Source: Candidatus Woesearchaeota archaeon (lineage in GTDB: Archaea > Nanobdellota > Nanobdellia > Pacearchaeales > GW2011-AR1). Taken from it: 12,391 nt of DNA. The stretch is taken from NCBI GenBank assembly GCA_964466855.1, contig CAYXOE010000011.1:1-12391 (forward strand). Direction: 5' to 3'. The notes beneath the pieces were generated by a model. It was not told the DNA's origin. It worked only from the letters and a program-made list of their open reading frames with translations, and did no database searches. Positions 1 to 7,804 of this stretch are shown here, piece after piece (position 1 is the stretch's first letter; each line of letters opens with the position of its first letter). The position numbers and the translations under genes were made by a program.

Positions 1-70
1 CATAATTTTGATCATTCTTGAGTCAGCAAGAAAAAGAGATTATACAAACTCTTAACTTAAAGAAAAAGTT

Positions 71-85
71 TATATATATATATAT
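71..85 (+). promoter_or_regulatory. TATA-like (TA)7T tract upstream of the surface-protein gene
   Basis: tatatatatatatat at 71-85 is centred about 22 nt upstream of the ATG at 100. This is the position expected for an archaeal TATA box on a leaderless or short-leader mRNA. It is also a dinucleotide microsatellite. Confidence 0.4.
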
Positions 86-99
86 CTTATAAAAATAAA

Positions 100-1266
100 A
101 TGAAAAGAAGTGATAAGAAATTTGTTCTCGGAATTTTATTAGCTGTAAGTTTAATTTTTTTATTGGGATTTTTATTTGCAATTTCCTACAATGTCGCTCC
201 TTCCACAGCAGGAAATGGAACAAATGCAAGCCTTTTGATTTTTAATGTTTCTAATGCAGGAACAACAAACAATGTTCTGACAAGCATTACAGTAAATCTT
301 ATAGGAACAGCCTCATCAGGAAATATTTCAAATGTTACGCTGATACAAGGCGCAAATGTTTATTTCAATACATCGGGGGTTTCTTTTCCTTTAGTCATAC
401 CTATTAGTGCAACCATTACAGCAGCCACAAACTTTACTTTGAATTATACTTTAAGTTCAAGCGCAACAGATAACTTTACATTTGGAGCAAATATTACTGC
501 AATTTCTGCAGGGGCGAATGTAACTTTTGATACTTTGCCATACACATCTGGCTTGACAACGATAAGCGCTTCAGCTCCTTCTGTTACTGGTTTGACAAAT
601 AATTCAAATCTCTCTCAAACTTTTATCTCTTTGAACATTAGTACGACAAAGATATCAAGTAATATAAGCTGGATTTCAATTAGTTTGTATAATTCTTCTG
701 TTCTTAATTCAACATTTTTAGTTAATAGTACAACTAATTCATCAGTTAATCAAAAGAGTGTGATTCAGTCGATGAATACAATAGGTTTGCCTAATGGGAT
801 TTATTATGCTAATATTTTTACGAATGATACAACCAATAATATATTTAATCAAACGTTTGTAATTACTCTTGACACTGTTGCACCTGTTGTAGGCGGTTCT
901 TGTTACCCTCTTATGGTTTCTCCAGGACAAACTGTCACGTGCTCATGCTCCGCAACAGGCGGTTATAATTCTTCAACATTGACTAATTCTTCTATAATAA
1001 CTGTTGTCGGACCAGGTACATATAGTTATGGATGTTCTGCCACAGATTTTGCAGGGAATATTGGAACAGGCAGTGCTAATTATTATGGTCTTGGATATCC
1101 CGGACCAGGTATTACTCCTGCTTCAACTACCCCAACAAATGTTAAGCCGGCAAATAACACTAATATAACTACTAATCCAAGCGCCCCCTCTGCTCCTGAG
1201 GGATTTAATCTAATAACAGCGATTATAAATTTCTTCAAGAATTTATTCAAAGCTATTTTTGGATAG
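100..1266 (+). CDS. Secreted or membrane-anchored surface glycoprotein candidate
   Basis: 388-aa ORF. N-terminal basic stretch plus hydrophobic helix (MKRSDKKFVLGILLAVSLIFLLGFLFA). About 25 N-x-S/T sequons by my count. Cys-containing module with an Ig/HYR/PKD-like signature (GTYSYGCSATDFAGN). Thr/Pro-rich linker, then a C-terminal PEGF plus hydrophobic tail. Confidence 0.8.
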   Translation: MKRSDKKFVLGILLAVSLIFLLGFLFAISYNVAPSTAGNGTNASLLIFNVSNAGTTNNVLTSITVNLIGTASSGNISNVTLIQGANVYFNTSGVSFPLVIPISATITAATNFTLNYTLSSSATDNFTFGANITAISAGANVTFDTLPYTSGLTTISASAPSVTGLTNNSNLSQTFISLNISTTKISSNISWISISLYNSSVLNSTFLVNSTTNSSVNQKSVIQSMNTIGLPNGIYYANIFTNDTTNNIFNQTFVITLDTVAPVVGGSCYPLMVSPGQTVTCSCSATGGYNSSTLTNSSIITVVGPGTYSYGCSATDFAGNIGTGSANYYGLGYPGPGITPASTTPTNVKPANNTNITTNPSAPSAPEGFNLITAIINFFKNLFKAIFG

Positions 1267-1318
1267 TTTATTTATTGCCTTATACCAAAATCTTTTTTAA
1301 TGAACTTTTTGTTAAATT

Positions 1319-2524
1319 TTGATGAATAAAGAAATAGAAAATTTGCCATCATTGAACATCGGCGTTGTGGGGCACATCGACCACGGAAAAACAACTTTGC
1401 TAAAAAAACTTACTGGGAAGACTACCGACACTCATTCAGAGGAATTGAAGAGGGGAATTACAATAAAGCTGGGATACGCCGACGCTGTTATTTATGGCGA
1501 TAACGGAAAATATAACACCCAGAAAAAAGGAAAGCCGGTAAGATATGTGAGCTTTATTGATGCGCCAGGGCATGAAATGTTGATGGCTACTATGTTGTCC
1601 GGCGCTGCAATTATCGACGGAGCGATTCTTGTCATTGCTGCAAACGAAGGAATAAAGCCTCAGACAAGAGAACACTTTATGGTTTTGCTCGCAAAGAAAA
1701 TAAAAAATTTGATTGTTGTGCAAAACAAGATTGACCTTGTTTCAAGAGAGCAGGCGATTGAAAATTATCGGGAGATTGAAAATTTTTTGAAAGGAACCGC
1801 TGTTGAAAATGCGCCGATAATTCCTGTATCTGCCCAGCAGGAAATTAATCTTGACAAAATACTTGAAGAGATTTGCAAATTTGAGATTCCGGAAAGAGAT
1901 ATTGTTTCTGCACCGATTTTTCTTGTTGCAAGAAGCTTTGATGTTAATCGTCCCGGAATTGAAATTAAAAATATGAAAGGCGGGGTTCTCGGGGGAATTT
2001 TAAAAAAAGGAGAATTGAAGGTAGGCGATGAGATTGAAATAAAACCGGGCTTAAGCATTAAGAAAGCGAATCAACGGGCATATCAGACCCTAATTACAAA
2101 AATTGTCTCTTTGCATCGGGGAGAACAGGAAGTTGAAAAAGTATTTCCCGGCTCGAGCATTTCAATTGAAACCAGCTTGGATCCTTCATTAACAAAAGCC
2201 GATGCATTGACGGGCTGCCTTGTTTCGAGGAAAGGCATTCTTCCCGAGATAAAATATAATCTGAGAATAAATTATTCCCTGTTCAAAGAAGTTTTGGGAA
2301 TCAGCGGAAAGCAGGAAGTTGAGCCGATAAAAACAAAAGAGATGCTGATGCTTAGCATTAACACGACGATAACTGTTGGAATTGTTGAGAGAATAAAGGG
2401 GCACGAAATTGAGCTGTCCCTGAATATTCCTGTAATATCCCTTAAAGGAGATAATGTCGGAATTGCACGAAATTTTAGCAACCACTGGCGATTGATTGGC
2501 TGGGGCGAGGTTGTTGGCGATTGA
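1319..2524 (+). CDS. eif2g: Translation initiation factor aIF2 gamma subunit
   Basis: GTPase motifs are present: G1 GHIDHGKTT, G3 DAPGHE, G4 NKID, plus SAQQ. It aligns along its length by eye to archaeal aIF2-gamma (HSEELKRGITIKLGYA, MLMATMLSGAA, QTREHF, ARSFDVNRPG, LDPSLTKAD, WRLIGWG). The ORF track starts at TTG 1319, but the ATG at 1322 is the more likely start. Confidence 0.95.
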   Translation: MMNKEIENLPSLNIGVVGHIDHGKTTLLKKLTGKTTDTHSEELKRGITIKLGYADAVIYGDNGKYNTQKKGKPVRYVSFIDAPGHEMLMATMLSGAAIIDGAILVIAANEGIKPQTREHFMVLLAKKIKNLIVVQNKIDLVSREQAIENYREIENFLKGTAVENAPIIPVSAQQEINLDKILEEICKFEIPERDIVSAPIFLVARSFDVNRPGIEIKNMKGGVLGGILKKGELKVGDEIEIKPGLSIKKANQRAYQTLITKIVSLHRGEQEVEKVFPGSSISIETSLDPSLTKADALTGCLVSRKGILPEIKYNLRINYSLFKEVLGISGKQEVEPIKTKEMLMLSINTTITVGIVERIKGHEIELSLNIPVISLKGDNVGIARNFSNHWRLIGWGEVVGD

Positions 2525-2629
2525 AAGGTCATAGAATTGGAGACAACAACTGAGTAGAAATTATCGGCTGAGGAATGGACACTGATTGGAGATGATTAGT
2601 GACGGTTATCTCAATTTTTTCCAATAAAA

Positions 2630-2956
2630 TTAAGCTGAAATTAAACCTTTCTTTTCTATTGACTTGCCTCTGACCAAACTCCAATCAAGTTTTAAAAGAT
2701 TTTGAGCAAAAGGATTGTTAAGATTCAATTGATAGTAATCTGATTTGCCTACTTTTCTGGTTTTAATTAAAAATCCCGAGTCAATAAAAATGTTAATGAA
2801 CTTAGTTATAGAGTTATAGCTAACATTACTGCCTCTTGCAATTTCAGTTATAGGAAAATCAAAGAAATGGTTATCTATCAAAAAATCTATAACTCTAAGC
2901 TGGGGAGTATCTCCAAAATGTTTCAAAAATAAAGATTTGTTTTCTTTTTCTTTCAT
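2630..2956 (-). CDS. Winged helix-turn-helix transcriptional regulator (ArsR/MarR/TrmB-like)
   Basis: 108 aa. The pattern PQLRVIDFLIDN...FPITEIARGSNVSYNSITKFINIFIDSGFLIKTRKVGKSDYYQLN is typical of helix-turn-helix followed by a beta-wing. It is divergent from the 3076 gene. Confidence 0.65.
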   Translation of the reverse strand: MKEKENKSLFLKHFGDTPQLRVIDFLIDNHFFDFPITEIARGSNVSYNSITKFINIFIDSGFLIKTRKVGKSDYYQLNLNNPFAQNLLKLDWSLVRGKSIEKKGLISA

Positions 2957-3075
2957 TCTTTCTTATTTTCTGTTTATTCATAAATGATTGCTGATTACTT
3001 TATAAATATTTCTATATGTTATATATCTTTTCAATTATAGAAACATTTAAAATTTAGATTAAATTTTATTGCTTA
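2957..3075. promoter_or_regulatory. AT-rich divergent promoter region
   Basis: 119-bp spacer between divergent starts at 2956 (-) and 3076 (+). TTTAAAA at 3046-3052 lies about 27 nt upstream of ATG 3076. ttattcataaat at 2974-2985 lies about 25 nt upstream of the minus-strand ATG. There is a further TTTATAAATA at 2999-3008. Confidence 0.4.
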
Positions 3076-3336
3076 ATGAATTCAGAATTAGAAGAGGCAC
3101 AATTTATGTTTAAACTTGCAAGAAAAGGAAATTGGAACGCTAGTTATGATAGAGAAGAACATTTCAAAAGATTTCAGAATTTAAAAGGAATTATCAAGAA
3201 TCTTTCTCAAAAAAGTTGGATAATTATACATAGAAAACCAAAATTTGAGGCATATTCATTGAATACAGAGCATAAATCAAAAATCATCGAATTTATCGAG
3301 AGACAAATGCCTCATATTAAAGGAGTTATTAAATAA
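3076..3336 (+). CDS. Hypothetical small protein (possible winged-helix fold)
   Basis: 86-aa ORF with a TATA-like box at the right distance. LSQKSWIIIHRKPKFEAYSLNTEHKSKIIEFIE resembles a recognition-helix/wing/Y-x-L-T pattern. I recognise no firm family. Confidence 0.5.
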   Translation: MNSELEEAQFMFKLARKGNWNASYDREEHFKRFQNLKGIIKNLSQKSWIIIHRKPKFEAYSLNTEHKSKIIEFIERQMPHIKGVIK

Positions 3337-3365
3337 ATTTTAATTGCTTAAAATAATTTATTTTT

Positions 3366-4445
3366 ATGGAAATTGAAAGAGAGTTTTTGAAAGTTGATGA
3401 GAATCCGCAGATGAGCCCGACGCGTTTCAGCGTGCTGTCTTCTTGCCATAAAAAATATTGGTTCAATTATGTTCTTCATGCTTCTTATTCTGTTCCCGTC
3501 AATGTTGCAATTGGGACTCTTATGCACAAGATAATTGAAAACATGTGGGTTAGAGAGCGAACATCAGGACATTTAATTCCGGGCTATAAAGATAAAAAAA
3601 CCTGCGAGAATATTGCAGTCGGGAATTGGAAATTTAATTTTGCAAGAACAGGAGTTGCACAAAATGGAAAACCAATAGAGTGGACAGTTTATGATGGGCA
3701 TGGCTATGCAAAAAGTTTGATTGAAAGAATAAGGCAAACCGCAGGAATTGCCTATGAAAGTGAAATGAATTGGCCTCCAATAAAAGTTGAACTTCCTATA
3801 GAAGTTGAATATAAAGGATTCAAGTTATTTTCAAGAATTGATGGATTAAAAAAAGGTTTGGACGGAAAAGGAATTGTAATAATGGATCACAAATCAGGAC
3901 CCGAGAGGATTGAGAGCCCAAATCCCGACGAAATTTCATATTTCGTGCAAAAAAACATGCAATTAACATTCAATGCCATTGTTTTATTTGAAGCATTAAA
4001 TCACAAATACACTATTATTTCTGATATTTTTCCCGAATATAACGGAATAAGATTGGATGAATATTTGCGCATATTGACAGTTGGGTTGAATGATATTTTT
4101 CCAAGAAAAGAAAATGGCATTGTAAGAACAACCAGCAAATTTTATCCCTCAAGGCGGACAAGGCACGATTTTGACGACGCTGTTGAATCAATTCAAATTG
4201 GTTTGGGCGCATTAAGAAGAAAAGAATTTGATGCAAACAAGGGAGCACAATGCAACTATTGCTTTTTCAGAAAAATTTGTGATGACTATACGCCCGCTGA
4301 TTACCATAAAAATGAACATCAAAGACAATATTCTCTTTTTGCAGGGCAGGGGATTGTGTTAGAGGATCCGAAACCAATGAAGAAAAAAGGAAGAGCTTAC
4401 CAAGGATATTTTAGAAATTGGATACAGAAAGAAGAAGGAAACTAG
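3366..4445 (+). CDS. PD-(D/E)xK nuclease, Cas4/RecB-like, with a 4-Cys (Fe-S type) cluster
   Basis: 359 aa. N-terminal Cys27 (SSCHKKYW, nt 3444-3446). GTLMHKIIE helix. Motif II SRIDGL. Motif III IVIMDHKSG (D-x-K, nt 3885-3893). C-terminal C-x2-C-x5-C, CNYCFFRKIC (nt 4251-4280). One N-terminal Cys plus C-x2-C-x5-C is the Cas4/AddB nuclease arrangement. Confidence 0.75.
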   Translation: MEIEREFLKVDENPQMSPTRFSVLSSCHKKYWFNYVLHASYSVPVNVAIGTLMHKIIENMWVRERTSGHLIPGYKDKKTCENIAVGNWKFNFARTGVAQNGKPIEWTVYDGHGYAKSLIERIRQTAGIAYESEMNWPPIKVELPIEVEYKGFKLFSRIDGLKKGLDGKGIVIMDHKSGPERIESPNPDEISYFVQKNMQLTFNAIVLFEALNHKYTIISDIFPEYNGIRLDEYLRILTVGLNDIFPRKENGIVRTTSKFYPSRRTRHDFDDAVESIQIGLGALRRKEFDANKGAQCNYCFFRKICDDYTPADYHKNEHQRQYSLFAGQGIVLEDPKPMKKKGRAYQGYFRNWIQKEEGN

Positions 4446-4485
4446 TCATCATAATGTTTAAATTCTTATTCTTATTTCATCAAAT

Positions 4486-4833
4486 ATGCCTAAAAAGAAT
4501 TTGGCAACATGGCTCATAATTGCAATTGTCATTATAATTGCAGGAATTGTGATTTACCTGCAAACAAGGCCGAACACAAATGTTTCTCCAGAATTAGCGC
4601 AATGCATAGGAAAAAATTCTGCAATGTATTCGCAGACAACCTGTCATTATTGCAGGCAGCAGAAAGATATGTTCGGTGATAATGTAAAATATCTTAATAT
4701 AACAGAATGCGATTACAATATTTCATTATGCAATTCGCTTGGAATTACAGAAACACCGACGTGGATTGTAAACGGAACAAAATATGCAGGCGTGCAATCA
4801 GTTGATGAATTAAAAAGATTGACTGGTTGTTGA
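4486..4833 (+). CDS. Membrane-anchored thioredoxin-fold thiol:disulfide oxidoreductase
   Basis: 115 aa. N-terminal TM helix (LATWLIIAIVIIIAGIVIYL). CxxC motif CHYC (nt 4642-4653). Downstream cis-Pro-type motif TETPTW. The small size is typical of a thioredoxin/glutaredoxin-like domain. Confidence 0.75.
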   Translation: MPKKNLATWLIIAIVIIIAGIVIYLQTRPNTNVSPELAQCIGKNSAMYSQTTCHYCRQQKDMFGDNVKYLNITECDYNISLCNSLGITETPTWIVNGTKYAGVQSVDELKRLTGC

Positions 4834-5546
4834 TTCATAAGATGGTTGATGCATTAAGCATTGCAAAAATAACCTCGCTGGCGCTTGTCAATTCTGTTAA
4901 TCCATGCCAGATAGCAATGCTTGTGCTCGTTCTTGTTACAATCATGATTCAAAATCCGGATAAGAGAAAAAAATTATTATTCTCCGGATTGGCTTTTGTG
5001 CTCGCTGTTTATATCGGATACTTATTTTATGGACTTGTCCTTGTCCAATTGTTTAATACATTTGCAATTGCCCTGAAAGCCGGCTCAATTTATCTCATGT
5101 ATGCAATTGCAATTTTGTCAATGATTGTCGGCGCCCTGCAAATCAAGGATTTCTTTTATTACAAGAGGGGAAGTTTTGCGACAGAAATGCCTTTATCATT
5201 CCGCCCAAAAGCAAAAAGGATTATCAGGAAAATAACTTCGCCTCTTGGAGCTTTTCTTGTAGGATTTGCAATAACTCTTTTGCTTGGGCCATGCACGATG
5301 GCGCCGCTGATTATTCTTACACAATCGCTTTCACAATTCGGATTGCTTGGAGCACTTTCTTCACTGTTGTATTTTGATTTTATTGTTGTTCTTCCATTGA
5401 TTGCGATTACATTCATTGTTTATGCAGGTTTTTCAACGCCTGATGACATATCCAGATGGAAAGAAAAATATGTGAGGATCATGCACTTGATTGCAGGAAT
5501 TTTATTGTTCGGAATTGGCCTGGCTGTCTTGCTGGGATGGCTGTAA
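4827..5546 (+). CDS. ccdA: CcdA/DsbD-family transmembrane disulfide-reductant transporter
   Basis: Polytopic membrane protein. It has the two hallmark membrane-embedded Cys in Pro-Cys context: SVNPCQ (Cys codon 4905-4907) and LLGPCTMAPL (Cys codon 5292-5294). The track start is TTG 4827, overlapping the upstream stop. The ATG at 4842, 8 nt after that stop, is an alternative start. Confidence 0.8.
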   Translation: MLIHKMVDALSIAKITSLALVNSVNPCQIAMLVLVLVTIMIQNPDKRKKLLFSGLAFVLAVYIGYLFYGLVLVQLFNTFAIALKAGSIYLMYAIAILSMIVGALQIKDFFYYKRGSFATEMPLSFRPKAKRIIRKITSPLGAFLVGFAITLLLGPCTMAPLIILTQSLSQFGLLGALSSLLYFDFIVVLPLIAITFIVYAGFSTPDDISRWKEKYVRIMHLIAGILLFGIGLAVLLGWL

Positions 5547-5903
5547 ATTTATTAAAATTGCATCCAAATCTTTTATATCATCAAAAGGCTTTTTGAGAAA
5601 ATTTGTCGCTCCTATTTTCAATGCTTCCTCTTTAATTTCAGGTTTTCCGCTCATAAGTACAATAGGGATATTGCCGAACTCTTGTCTGACTAATTTTATA
5701 AGTCCAAAACCGCTTAAATTTGGCATATCATTATCAGTTAAAACCAAATCATAATTTCTTCCCGCATCTTTTTCAGCCCTCATTTTTTCAATAGCCGCTT
5801 GTCCATCTTCATAAGAATCGACTTCAAAGCCTTTGCTATAAAGATATCTGCTGATTAGTTGTCTAATTGATTCATAATCTTCAGCAACAATTATTTTTGT
5901 CAT
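5502..5903 (-). CDS. Stand-alone CheY-like response regulator receiver domain
   Basis: 133 aa. Acidic pair (VAEDYE). Phospho-acceptor context DLVLTDNDMP. Conserved Ser (VLMSG). Lys-Pro (FLKKPF). No output domain and no histidine kinase in the window. The 3' end overlaps the ccdA 3' end convergently by 45 nt (5502-5546). Confidence 0.9.
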   Translation of the reverse strand: MTKIIVAEDYESIRQLISRYLYSKGFEVDSYEDGQAAIEKMRAEKDAGRNYDLVLTDNDMPNLSGFGLIKLVRQEFGNIPIVLMSGKPEIKEEALKIGATNFLKKPFDDIKDLDAILINLQPSQQDSQANSEQ

Positions 5904-5953
5904 TTTTATTTATCACAAATAAACTTTAAAAATAAAATTATTCTTGAGAATAT
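5904..5953. promoter_or_regulatory. 50-bp divergent spacer with one shared TATA-like element
   Basis: ctttaaaaataaaa (5924-5937) is centred about 24 nt upstream of ATG 5954 (+) and about 27 nt upstream of the minus-strand ATG ending at 5903. Confidence 0.45.
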
Positions 5954-7702
5954 ATGGCACCCAAACAAATAAGACAGCCGATAATCACGGTTTGCGGACA
6001 TGTAGACCACGGAAAAACGTCATTGCTTGACAGAATTAGAAAGAGCTCTGTTCAGGAATCGGAAGCAGGCGGAATTACGCAAAAAATCTCCTTCACGCTT
6101 TACCCCCTCGAAATGTTAAAAAAAGCATTTCCACAAGTTCATGAAATAAGGTTGGATTTTCCCGGATTTTTATTCATTGACACTCCGGGGCATGCGGCTT
6201 TCACAAATTTGAGAAAAAGGGGCGGGAGCTTGGCTGATTTGGCGATACTTGTAATTGACATTAACGAAGGCATCAAGCCGCAGACAGCAGAAGTCATTCA
6301 GATTTTGAAATTGAATAAAACGCCGTTTATAATTGCTTTGAACAAGATTGACAACATTTCCGGCTGGAGAACAGCGAAGAGCAAAGAAATAAAAGAAAGC
6401 ATTGAATCGCAGCCAAGCCACATAAGACAGTTGTTTGACGAAAAATATCTTACTCTTTCAGCTGCCCTGAATAGTTTTGGTTTTGATGCTGATTTATTTT
6501 ACAACATTTCTGATTTCACAAAAAAAATTGCACTTGTTCCCTGCTCTGCAAAAACAGGAGAGGGGATTTCTGAGTTGATTCTTGTACTCTGCGGATTGAG
6601 CCAAAAATATCTCAAAAACAGATTGATGCTCGGGGATAAAGCAAAAGGTGTTGTTCTTGAAATAAAAAAAGAAAAGGAGATGAATTATGCCGAAGCAATT
6701 CTTTACGACGGAGAATTGGAAAAGAAAGATGAAATTGCTGTTTCTGATTTAAATGGGAAGGCGATTGCGACCAAAATAAGACTGCTTGAAGAAATCTTTC
6801 CTCTGTCTTCCCGATTTTCTGCCAAAGAAAAAGTGCGGGCTGCAACAGGCCTGCGATTGCAGTTGATTGAAAAAGCTGAAATTCTGCCCGGCATGCCTTT
6901 TGTTGAATTTGGAGGCAGCAGGGAGAAAGAGGAAATTGAAAAGACATTCAGGAAAGAAATTTCTGAAAATATACAGACAGACAAATTCGGAATTATTGCG
7001 AAGGCTGATTCGCTTGGAAGTTTGGAGGCGCTTCTGCTTTTGCTGAAACAGGCAGGCATTCCCGTCGTGAAAGCAGGCATCGGGAAGATAAGCAAGGCAG
7101 ATGTGATTTCCGCAAAGGCAAATTTGGAAATTAATGAAGTTGATGCTGTGATTGCCGGCTTCAATGTTTCAATAGATGAAGATGCAAAAATCCTCCTCAA
7201 TGAAAATGTCAAAGTTCTTACGAATGAAGTCATTTACAAGCTTATTGAAGAGCTTGCGGAATTCAGAACTGAAAAAGAAAAAGAAATTGAAAAAAAGAGG
7301 ATGCTGGCTCTTGCATCTTTATGCAAAATTAAAATTCTTCCCCAATATGTTTTCAGGAACACGAATCCTGCGATTTTCGGGGTAAAAGTTGAGGCAGGAA
7401 AATTAAGGACAGGAATTAATCTTGTTGATAAAAATGGAGAAAGAGCAGGAAGAATAAAAAATGTCCAGCATGAAAAGCAATCTGTTGAAGAGGCGACTGA
7501 AGGCATGGAAGTTGCTGTCTCCATTCCCGGAACAAACTTTGAAAGAAAATTGAAAGACATGATTTTCTTATATTCTGACATCTCGGAAACAGGGTTCAGG
7601 AATTTCAAAAAAAACAAAGATTTATTATCTTCTTCGGAAATTTCAGCCCTTCAGGAAATTGCGACAATCAAGAGAAAAGAAAATCCGAATTGGGGGATGT
7701 AA
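5954..7702 (+). CDS. infB: Translation initiation factor aIF5B (IF2-type GTPase)
   Basis: 582 aa. G1 GHVDHGKTSLLD, G3 DTPGH, G4 NKID, SAKTGEG. The domain length and order are typical of archaeal aIF5B. Confidence 0.95.
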   Translation: MAPKQIRQPIITVCGHVDHGKTSLLDRIRKSSVQESEAGGITQKISFTLYPLEMLKKAFPQVHEIRLDFPGFLFIDTPGHAAFTNLRKRGGSLADLAILVIDINEGIKPQTAEVIQILKLNKTPFIIALNKIDNISGWRTAKSKEIKESIESQPSHIRQLFDEKYLTLSAALNSFGFDADLFYNISDFTKKIALVPCSAKTGEGISELILVLCGLSQKYLKNRLMLGDKAKGVVLEIKKEKEMNYAEAILYDGELEKKDEIAVSDLNGKAIATKIRLLEEIFPLSSRFSAKEKVRAATGLRLQLIEKAEILPGMPFVEFGGSREKEEIEKTFRKEISENIQTDKFGIIAKADSLGSLEALLLLLKQAGIPVVKAGIGKISKADVISAKANLEINEVDAVIAGFNVSIDEDAKILLNENVKVLTNEVIYKLIEELAEFRTEKEKEIEKKRMLALASLCKIKILPQYVFRNTNPAIFGVKVEAGKLRTGINLVDKNGERAGRIKNVQHEKQSVEEATEGMEVAVSIPGTNFERKLKDMIFLYSDISETGFRNFKKNKDLLSSSEISALQEIATIKRKENPNWGM

Positions 7703-7783
7703 TTGGGTTCGCTTCGCTCGCATTTTTACAAGAGTCTTCGCTATGCTCAGAATTAATTAACAGAATTCCAGAGAATCTTTAAT

Positions 7784-7804
7784 CGCTTTTCCTCAGCGTT
7801 TTTT
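7784..7804 (+). terminator. Weak hairpin plus T6 tract, candidate terminator for the aIF5B transcript
   Basis: CGCT (7784-7787) pairs with AGCG (7795-7798) across a 7-nt loop, followed by TTTTTT (7799-7804). Archaeal RNAP terminates at oligo-T. An earlier T5 run lies at 7723-7727. Confidence 0.3.

Noticed and set aside
2525-2629. Possible C/D-box sRNA in the convergent spacer after aIF2-gamma (GAGATGA near 2590, CTGA at about 2551 and 2582)
   Set aside because: The C-box candidate deviates from RUGAUGA (A instead of U at position 2). The CTGA elements lie upstream rather than downstream of it, and no terminal stem is evident.
3366-4445. Calling the nuclease a CRISPR-associated Cas4
   Set aside because: No direct-repeat/spacer array and no cas1/cas2 or effector genes occur anywhere in the 12.4 kb. 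Only the fold and Cys signature are Cas4-like, so it is reported as a stand-alone Cas4/RecB-like nuclease.
5491-5754. 87-aa plus-strand ORF overlapping the response regulator
   Set aside because: It is antisense to a receiver domain with all conserved residues, and it has no recognisable motifs and no promoter-like element.
6703-7233. 176-aa minus-strand ORF, plus other antisense ORFs (6170-6421, 6612-6947, 7234-7617), inside the aIF5B gene
   Set aside because: They are antisense to a confidently identified, full-length GTPase gene. The products are low-complexity and Ser/Phe/Ile-rich, as expected from reverse-reading an AT-rich Lys/Glu-rich gene.
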